The position numbers were made by a program, and so were the translations under genes. A stretch of DNA of 64,000 bases from an uncultured Thermotogae bacterium (GTDB taxonomy: Bacteria; Bipolaricaulota; Bipolaricaulia; M55B111): assembly GCA_964614065.1 (NCBI GenBank), contig CAZTJJ010000002.1, positions 6,878 through 70,877 on the forward strand. The letters run 5' to 3'. Below are positions 1 to 6,709 of this stretch, one piece after another; position 1 is the stretch's first letter, and each line of letters begins with the position of its first letter. The notes under the pieces were generated by a model. It searched no databases, was not told the origin of the DNA, and saw nothing but the letters and a program-made list of their open reading frames with translations.

Positions 1-1
1 C

Positions 2-1762
2 GACCTGTACTCGCCCGACAATATCACTATCCTACATCACCTTAAGGCGGCATTAAAAGCACAAGAGTTCTTTAAAAAGGATGAAGATTACATCGTCAAG
101 GACGGACGAGTCATACTTGTAGACGAATTTACTGGCAGGCTCATGCCCGATCGACGTCTATCAGATGGATTACACCAGGCTATTGAGGCCAAGGAGGGGA
201 TGATGATTCAGCGTGAAAATCAGACCTTGGCTCAAATAACTCTACAGAATTTCTTCCTGCTTTACGATGGTCTAAGCGGTATGACTGGTACTGCAAAGAC
301 TGAAGAGGACGAGTTCGAAGAGATTTACAATCTCGAAGTGGTAGTTATACCCACCAACAAACCATTGGACAGAGATAGCAAACCTGACGTTATCTTTAAG
401 ACCAAAAAGGCGAAATACAACGCTATTACTGACGAAGTAGAAAGACTCAACGAGAAAAAGCGTCCTGTCCTGGTTGGAACAAATGCCATAGAAAAATCCG
501 AGAAGCTTAGCAAACTGCTAAAAAAACTTGGCCTCTCTCATGAGGTACTTAACGCCAAAAACCACGAGCGGGAGGCTGAAATAATCAAAGATGCTGGACA
601 ACCGGGCGCAGTCACTATCGCAACCAACATGGCGGGCAGAGGCACCGATATCAAGTTAGGAGAAGGTGTTAAAGAGGTAGGTGGATTACACGTTTTGGGA
701 ACGCAACGTCATGAGAGCAGAAGAATTGACAACCAGCTTCGGGGTAGATCCGGACGACAGGGAGATCCAGGTTCCTCACAATTTTACCTTTCCCTGGAAG
801 ATGATCTATTACGAATATTCGGCGGTGACCGGATTGATTCAATAATGGATAAGGTTGGACTTGAAGACGGACAAGCAATTGAGCATCCACTGCTCACGAA
901 AGCAATTCGGCGAGCTCAGAAAAAAGTCGAGGGCTTGAACTATGAACGAAGAAAGAATGTGTTAAAATACGACCAAGTCCTCGCCCAACAGAGAAAGGCA
1001 ATATATGAACTACGGGACCATTTCGTACTAACAGAGAAAGAGAGTACATGGTCGGAAATCGACGGCTACATCCAACCGTTATTAACAGATTATGCTACGG
1101 AACTAGTAGAAAAGCACGGTGTAAATAGGAAGGGAGACGAGGAGGACATAGAGGGACTCATCAACGAATTGGAAGCATTTGATAACTTTGATAAGCCAAG
1201 TTTTACCCAAGACAACCATGATTACGATAGCTTTGTCGCCGATCTGATAGTTTCCAGCTGGGAAAAGCAATTGGAGGGGTTTAAAGACAAGGAACCGATT
1301 ACTCCTGAAATCATTAAATCAATTATAGCAAATATTATCGACCGGAAATGGAGAGAGCACCTATACTTAATAGACGATCTCAAGGCAGGTATCGGTTGGT
1401 CTTCCTACGGTGGTAAAGACCCACTGGTTGAATTCAAACGTGAATCCTATCGCCTATTTCAGAACCTCGAAAATGCAATTAGGAAGGATCTTGTCGATTT
1501 CCTAGTCAAAACCCGTATCGAAGTCTCAAAAACCACAAAACCTGTGGAGTCCGAAGTACCTACTTCAAGCTTAAGGCTGATGAGAGGAGACAATCCTCAG
1601 GGACTTGAAACAAACAAAGACTCCAATAATCAATCCAAAAGCGGAAAAGGCACAAAGGACAATCCACAGCAAAGAATTGTAGATGAAGAACCGGGAAGGA
1701 ACGACCCCTGTCCATGCGGTAGCGGTAAAAAATATAAATACTGTTGTGGAGCTGATGACTAG
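2..1762 (+). CDS. secA: Preprotein translocase ATPase SecA (5'-partial; frame is open from the window start)
   Basis: VDEFTGRLMP, GMTGTA, TNMAGRGTDI and RHESRRIDNQLRGRSGRQGDPG motifs; C-terminal SEC-C zinc motif CPCGSGKKYKYCC. The frame upstream of the ORF-track ATG (143) also reads as SecA (DEDYIVKDGRVILVDEFTG). Confidence 0.98.
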   Translation, partial: DLYSPDNITILHHLKAALKAQEFFKKDEDYIVKDGRVILVDEFTGRLMPDRRLSDGLHQAIEAKEGMMIQRENQTLAQITLQNFFLLYDGLSGMTGTAKTEEDEFEEIYNLEVVVIPTNKPLDRDSKPDVIFKTKKAKYNAITDEVERLNEKKRPVLVGTNAIEKSEKLSKLLKKLGLSHEVLNAKNHEREAEIIKDAGQPGAVTIATNMAGRGTDIKLGEGVKEVGGLHVLGTQRHESRRIDNQLRGRSGRQGDPGSSQFYLSLEDDLLRIFGGDRIDSIMDKVGLEDGQAIEHPLLTKAIRRAQKKVEGLNYERRKNVLKYDQVLAQQRKAIYELRDHFVLTEKESTWSEIDGYIQPLLTDYATELVEKHGVNRKGDEEDIEGLINELEAFDNFDKPSFTQDNHDYDSFVADLIVSSWEKQLEGFKDKEPITPEIIKSIIANIIDRKWREHLYLIDDLKAGIGWSSYGGKDPLVEFKRESYRLFQNLENAIRKDLVDFLVKTRIEVSKTTKPVESEVPTSSLRLMRGDNPQGLETNKDSNNQSKSGKGTKDNPQQRIVDEEPGRNDPCPCGSGKKYKYCCGADD

Positions 1763-1818
1763 GGGATAGTGACTAATACTTATCTTAAATATCATCGGTC
1801 AAAACGCACTTTATTTTA

Positions 1819-1846
1819 TTGACTTTTCGTCCTTACCTGTTATAAT
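1819..1846 (+). promoter_or_regulatory. Sigma70-type promoter with extended -10
   Basis: TTGACT (1819-1824), 16-bp spacer, TATAAT (1841-1846) preceded by TGT (TGn extended -10). Confidence 0.75.
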
Positions 1847-1896
1847 CATTTTAGGTTATAGTTTACAACATTATTTTTAGCTAAAGGAGGTGCAGT

Positions 1897-1995
1897 ATGA
1901 TTACTATATCTGTAACAGCGGCAGTTCTAGGATTTTTCTGGGCTTTTTGGGGAGCTGCAGTTATCTCGCTTCTGTGCTGTAATCCTTGTTGTTAA
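1897..1995 (+). CDS. Small hydrophobic protein with C-terminal CCNPCC (32 aa; below the ORF-track cutoff)
   Basis: Strong SD AAAGGAGGTG six bases before ATG; translates to MITISVTAAVLGFFWAFWGAAVISLLCCNPCC*; lies directly behind the consensus promoter. Confidence 0.7.
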   Translation: MITISVTAAVLGFFWAFWGAAVISLLCCNPCC

Positions 1996-2091
1996 TCACC
2001 GCAAGAACTTTCTTTTCCAGCACTACTTTTCAGATTACGAAGGAGACATTTTGGCTAGGCTCAGTTAACTTGAAAACGTTGTTGTAAGTGG

Positions 2092-2907
2092 GTGATTAGC
2101 TTGTTGAAGTTTAGGTCTTATTCCGTTGCAGTTTTGCTTTGTTTGTTTATATTATCATTTAGCATCGCCACAGTCGGGAGTGAAGTTACCGACAAGCTTA
2201 CACGAGTGATACAATTAAAAGTCGGATTGGATTCAGACCTTTTCCGGGTAATTGAAACGAAATACCGAGGCGAAAGGTTGATCCTTATAGTTGTTTATGG
2301 ATCTGAACGGGCATTGAACAGCGACCTCGGCGATCCCGTTAAAGCGGCTTTCAGAAAATATAAGGGTCAAAATCCTCTAGGGATAACCGTTCTTTCTAAA
2401 AGTAAATCAACAAAGTTTCACCCGTATGCGCTCAGGACCGTTAGAGGGGACGAAAAATTATCAATACAGAACGTTACAGGGATAACCGAGGGTTTCTTGG
2501 AAGGTGAAATGCCGAAAGAAGTTCCAATAGGCGAAGAAACTTTCTGGGGGAGCATGGGTGTGGTTACACTAGGAAAAGATTTTCCTGTGAATTCACCTTT
2601 CAAGGTACATTATGGAACTAGAAGTGCTTCCTTCTCACCACAAACAAGTACACAAACTCAAGTTGCTTCAATGGAGGAGCAATCAGAAACTCAGGACACC
2701 GGCAAACTATCCCCAACTGTCAACAAGCCATCGACTACAAACAACCCAGGAAATGTAGGCAATAATACTGACAACCAATGTCAATCAAAGAATCAGTGTC
2801 AAACCTCGACTTCACCATCAAACTGTGGTCAAACGCAGGGATCGGGCCTATTACTAGGTGGAATTGGGGCATCACTGCTGATGCTAACGCTCTCGCTTCT
2901 TTTTTAG
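2092..2907 (+). CDS. Hypothetical exported protein with S/T/N/Q-rich linker and C-terminal membrane anchor
   Basis: N-terminal hydrophobic signal-like segment, low-complexity linker, three Cys, then a terminal hydrophobic tail GSGLLLGGIGASLLMLTLSLLF. Confidence 0.75.
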   Translation: MISLLKFRSYSVAVLLCLFILSFSIATVGSEVTDKLTRVIQLKVGLDSDLFRVIETKYRGERLILIVVYGSERALNSDLGDPVKAAFRKYKGQNPLGITVLSKSKSTKFHPYALRTVRGDEKLSIQNVTGITEGFLEGEMPKEVPIGEETFWGSMGVVTLGKDFPVNSPFKVHYGTRSASFSPQTSTQTQVASMEEQSETQDTGKLSPTVNKPSTTNNPGNVGNNTDNQCQSKNQCQTSTSPSNCGQTQGSGLLLGGIGASLLMLTLSLLF

Positions 2908-2943
2908 AGAAATAAAACAGGCTCAAGAGAAAAAATTAACATA

Positions 2944-2981
2944 ATATAGGGCGGAAAACCTAAGTGTTTTCCGCCCTATAT
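2944..2981. terminator. Bidirectional terminator-like hairpin between convergent genes
   Basis: Perfect 16-bp inverted repeat ATATAGGGCGGAAAAC / GTTTTCCGCCCTATAT. Confidence 0.75.
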
Positions 2982-2999
2982 GTTCTTCACATAAGATAG

Positions 3000-3380
3000 C
3001 TATTCAGAAGTAAGTTTTTCGTATTCTTCCTCTGACAGAAGGCCAGCGAATTCCTCTTCGTCTTCAATGTCCAATTCCACTAGCCAACCATCTTCCCAAG
3101 GAGACTCATTGATCAATTCTGGTGCACTCTCTAAATCTTCGTTTACCGACGTTACCACACCGGAAATAGGAGCTTTCACATTTGAAACCGATTTAACTGA
3201 TTCTACCACAACCAATTCATCACCCTTTGCGAACTCCTCACCCGTCTCGGGCAACTCAACAAAAACTATGTCCCCTAGCTCATTCTGAGCAAAATCAGTT
3301 ATTCCAAGCCTTGCCACGTGACCCGTCTTTTCTACCCAATCGTGATCTTCTGTATATTTCAGATCTGTCGGTTTAGCCAT
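3000..3380 (-). CDS. gcvH: Glycine cleavage system H protein
   Basis: GITDFAQNELGDIVFVELP and lipoyl-Lys motif VVESVKSVS, INESPWEDGWL; start placed at the ATG after SD GAGGAGG. Confidence 0.95.
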   Translation of the reverse strand: MAKPTDLKYTEDHDWVEKTGHVARLGITDFAQNELGDIVFVELPETGEEFAKGDELVVVESVKSVSNVKAPISGVVTSVNEDLESAPELINESPWEDGWLVELDIEDEEEFAGLLSEEEYEKLTSE

Positions 3381-3581
3381 AATACCTCCTCTTGCCAAGA
3401 TAATATGATACTATCGAATTCTCCCCTGTTAATTCAACTTATGTCCAGATATTCTCGAGAAGATTAACACCACGTGATCAAACCTTTGACCTCCATAGCT
3501 GAAAACAGGGAAGCAATAATTGATTACAGTCGTCATTGCAACAAATAAACTCATTAAGTATATTTACTCGGTGAAATCTAC

Positions 3582-4589
3582 ATGGACTGTGTAATTTTAG
3601 CCGCAGGTAAGGGCACTCGAATGAACTCATGTTACCCCAAAGTTCTACACAAGCTCGGGAAAGTGACTATGATTGAGCATTTACTTGAAGCTTTACATCC
3701 ATTAGAATTAACCAATATCATAATAGTCACAGGTTATAAACATGAAATGGTGCAAAAGGCACTGTGTGATAGGGATGTAAAATTTGCCTATCAACAAAAG
3801 CAGCTGGGAACTGCTCATGCTCTCACTCAGGCACAAACGAAAATTCGAAGTAACAAATTTCTAGTAATGCCTGGTGATCTACCTCTAGTTACTGCATCCT
3901 CACTGTCCAAATTCCTGGAACAGTCCAACAAGTCTGGCCGGGATTTTACTTTATTAACGACTGAAAAATCTGATCCAACCGGATACGGACGAATTGTAAG
4001 AGACACTACGGGACGAGTGCTCAGAATAGTAGAAGAGCAGGATGTAAGTACAGAGGAAAGTTCCATCAACGAAATAAACACCGGAATTTATTCATTCAAA
4101 AACGATCCGTTACTTTGGAACAAATTGGACCAACTGGAAAAGGATAACGCTCAGGGCGAATATTATCTGACGGACCTGGTTGAAATCTACAACGACGAAG
4201 GGATCGAAGTATGGGCCCCAAAAAGCACTAACTCCGAGGAGTTCATGGGTGTCAACAACAGAATGGATTTAACTAACGCAATCAATATAATGAAGAAACG
4301 CAAGTTCAACCAGCTCATGAGTCACGGGGTTACCATTGTCGACCCTGGTTCCACTTTCATTGGTACCAAGGTCGAAATAGCTCAAGATTCTCTAGTCAAC
4401 CCTTTTACGATGTTGACAGGGGAAACAGTAATAGGGGAAAGATCGACCATCGGACCACATGTAGAAATCAATGACTCTAAAATACATAACGATGTGGAGG
4501 TCAAACATTCGATCATAGAAAGTTCAACTGTAAGATCTGGATCTGTAGTTGGACCTTTCCAACATATAGGACCTGAATCTACCACATAA
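3582..4589 (+). CDS. glmU: GlmU-like UDP-GlcNAc pyrophosphorylase, C-terminally short (335 aa)
   Basis: ILAAGKGTRM, QLGTAHA, YGRIVRD, EYYLTD and GVNNR motifs plus the start of the hexapeptide beta-helix; canonical glmU-prs-rplY synteny. Confidence 0.88.
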   Translation: MDCVILAAGKGTRMNSCYPKVLHKLGKVTMIEHLLEALHPLELTNIIIVTGYKHEMVQKALCDRDVKFAYQQKQLGTAHALTQAQTKIRSNKFLVMPGDLPLVTASSLSKFLEQSNKSGRDFTLLTTEKSDPTGYGRIVRDTTGRVLRIVEEQDVSTEESSINEINTGIYSFKNDPLLWNKLDQLEKDNAQGEYYLTDLVEIYNDEGIEVWAPKSTNSEEFMGVNNRMDLTNAINIMKKRKFNQLMSHGVTIVDPGSTFIGTKVEIAQDSLVNPFTMLTGETVIGERSTIGPHVEINDSKIHNDVEVKHSIIESSTVRSGSVVGPFQHIGPESTT

Positions 4590-4590
4590 T

Positions 4591-4790
4591 GTCAATTACC
4601 CCGCCCCAAGGGACGGGGCTTGTACAATACCTGTTTGGCTAAGTACATTGATCTTTTACAAAAGAAGACCCAGCAGTCAATTCGTCCTGCTCGTTTGAGC
4701 TAGAAACAGATACAACATTAGTTCCGAATTGACTGCTGGAGGTAAACCAGCCGATTCCTCCCCGTAGCAAGTTGCGGGGATTCCTCGGCT
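4591..4790 (+). mobile_element. Non-autonomous IS200/IS605 (IscB/HEARO-omegaRNA-like) remnant, about 200 bp
   Basis: Starts GTCAATTACCCCGCCCCAAGGGACGGGGCTTG and ends TTCCTCCCCGTAGCAAGTTGCGGGGATTCCTCGG, both typical subterminal hairpins; internal 15-bp inverted repeat; no ORF. Confidence 0.7.
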
Positions 4791-4844
4791 AATTTTGGTA
4801 AAGACCTCTTAAATATCGGCCAAGCATTAGAAGAGGGGATTATC

Positions 4845-5792
4845 TTGAAGGACTTAAAAGTAATTACTGGTAATTCAAATCCAGAACTGGCAAAGGAGAT
4901 TGTTGCTAATTTAGGGAAAAAATTGACCGACGCTAAGGTCAGAAAGTTTCCTGACGGAGAAATCAACGTACACGTGAAAGAAACAGTCAGAGGCGCTTAC
5001 GTTTTTATCGTTCAATCCGTTTCACCGCCAGTAAACGACAATTTCATGGAACTGCTTCTTATCATTGATGCTTTAAAACGTGCCTCTGCAAAACATATAG
5101 CTGCAGTCATCCCATATTATGGGTATGCGCGACAGGATAGGAAACAAACCGGCCGGGTTCCAATTAGTGCCAAATTGGTTGCGAACATGATTGCTACCGC
5201 CGGTGCCGACAGAGTGCTAACAGCCGACCTTCATGCTGGGCAAATCCAGGGCTTCTTTGACATTCCTGTAGACAACCTCCGGGGGGACCCGTTCCTCGCA
5301 AACTATGCCGACAGTAGAATATCACAGTCCGAGGGCGTAGTGGTAAGCCCTGACGTGGGGGGAGCGAAAAGAGCAAGAAAAGTATCGTCGAGACTCAATA
5401 TGCCACTTGCCATTGTGGAAAAGAAAAGAGATGCTGAGCAAGGGAATGTCGAAGTTCTAAACTTGATAGGAGATGTAGATTGCAAGAAATGTTTGATAGT
5501 GGATGACATCATTAGTACGGCGGGTACTCTTACAGAAGTGGCAGATACTCTAAAAGAAAGAGGATGTAAAAACATTGAAGCAATCTGTACTCATGGCGTT
5601 TTCTCCGGCAAGGCTCTGGAAAGGATCCAGTCATCCTCAATCAATGTTGTCACAGTGACCAACACTATTTACAATAAAGAGGCAAGAAAAAGCGATTTTG
5701 TGAATTACATATCTGTAGGCAATTTATTTGCGAATACAATTAAGCGGATTTACAAGGAGAAATCTGTCTCGACTTTGTTTCCTCATTCTTGA
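4845..5792 (+). CDS. prs: Ribose-phosphate pyrophosphokinase
   Basis: FPDGEI, YYGYARQDRK, DLHAGQIQGFFDIPVDNL, VSPDVGG and IVDDIISTAGT motifs; TTG start after GAGGGG. Confidence 0.97.
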   Translation: MKDLKVITGNSNPELAKEIVANLGKKLTDAKVRKFPDGEINVHVKETVRGAYVFIVQSVSPPVNDNFMELLLIIDALKRASAKHIAAVIPYYGYARQDRKQTGRVPISAKLVANMIATAGADRVLTADLHAGQIQGFFDIPVDNLRGDPFLANYADSRISQSEGVVVSPDVGGAKRARKVSSRLNMPLAIVEKKRDAEQGNVEVLNLIGDVDCKKCLIVDDIISTAGTLTEVADTLKERGCKNIEAICTHGVFSGKALERIQSSSINVVTVTNTIYNKEARKSDFVNYISVGNLFANTIKRIYKEKSVSTLFPHS

Positions 5793-5799
5793 TCCAAAA

Positions 5800-5838
5800 G
5801 TCAAGAACCCCGCCCCAAGGGACGGGGCTTCCTCGGCA
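5800..5838 (+). mobile_element. Minimal palindromic IS200/IS605 end element (left and right ends fused)
   Basis: GTCAAGAACCCCGCCCCAAGGGACGGGGCTTCCTCGGC: 24 bp identical to 4598-4621, followed directly by the TTCCTCGGC tail seen at 4781-4789. Confidence 0.65.
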
Positions 5839-5885
5839 AGTTTTAGCAACAATGATAATTACGAATAAAAGTACAAGGTGATATA

Positions 5886-6593
5886 ATGCTGACTTTACAG
5901 GCAAAAAAACGAAAAGCGGAAGTTAACCCTAATTCTCTGAGACACGACGGAAAACTACCCGCTGTATTGTACGGACCCGATCGAGAAACGGTAAGTCTTA
6001 CTATAGTTAAGAAAGAACTAACTGAGTTGATGAAAGAAATAACCAGGAGTACAAGACTGAACCTAAAACTAGACGACACAGCTAACAAGGTATTTCTAAA
6101 AGATATTCAATATAACTACTTGACGGATGAACCTGTCCACTTAGATTTCTATGAGGTGGAGGATGATCACGTTGTAGAAATGGAAATACCTATCATTACC
6201 GTGGGGACACCCGAGGGAGTCAACTCAGGAGGAATATTGGACCAATTAATGGAGACTATTATGGTCAGCGGAAAAGCTAAAGATATCCCCGAGATAATTA
6301 AGTTAGATGTGGAAGAGCTACAAATTGGGGATTCCATCCACGTATCCGACCTGGAAATGGAAGGACTCAAGCCCCAAACACCGCAGGATAGGGCGGTATT
6401 ATCCATACTATCGCCTCGAAAGGAAATCAAAATCGACCTGACCGAACCCACAATCGGCGAAGAACTACTGGTAGAAGAAGAGGAATTAGAAGCCGAAGAA
6501 GAGGAACTGGAAGAGGAATTAGAAGCCGAAGAAGAGGAACTGGAAGAGGAATTAGAAGCCGAAGAAGAGGAACTGGAAGAGGAATTAGAATAA
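5886..6593 (+). CDS. rplY: 50S ribosomal protein L25/Ctc (long form) with acidic repeat tail
   Basis: LRHDGKLPAVLYG, KDIQYNYLTDEPVHLDFYEV, IPEIIKLDVEELQIGDSIHVSDL; located after prs. Confidence 0.95.
   Translation: MLTLQAKKRKAEVNPNSLRHDGKLPAVLYGPDRETVSLTIVKKELTELMKEITRSTRLNLKLDDTANKVFLKDIQYNYLTDEPVHLDFYEVEDDHVVEMEIPIITVGTPEGVNSGGILDQLMETIMVSGKAKDIPEIIKLDVEELQIGDSIHVSDLEMEGLKPQTPQDRAVLSILSPRKEIKIDLTEPTIGEELLVEEEELEAEEEELEEELEAEEEELEEELEAEEEELEEELE
6477..6590 (+). repeat. Perfect 33-bp coding tandem repeat (3 full copies plus 15 bp)
   Basis: Unit GAAGAGGAATTAGAAGCCGAAGAAGAGGAACTG (EEELEAEEEEL) at 6477, 6510 and 6543, partial copy at 6576. Confidence 0.97.
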
Positions 6594-6709
6594 CATTGCA
6601 CGGTCTGCGTAGATGTTAAATCAATACCAAAGAGGTAAAAATATTTTGAAATTAAATAACGATATTAGATATAATTTGAGCATAAGGCACAACCTGGGAG
6701 GTGAGCTAG

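Noticed and set aside
697-720. SecA GTQRHES instead of GTERHES
   Set aside because: A single conservative substitution in an otherwise canonical SecA, with no basis for a functional claim.
6167-6601. Ser-rich 144-aa minus-strand ORF
   Set aside because: It is the antisense shadow of the Glu-rich rplY repeat. Most other short ORF-track entries overlapping the called genes are likewise shadows with no SD or family motif.
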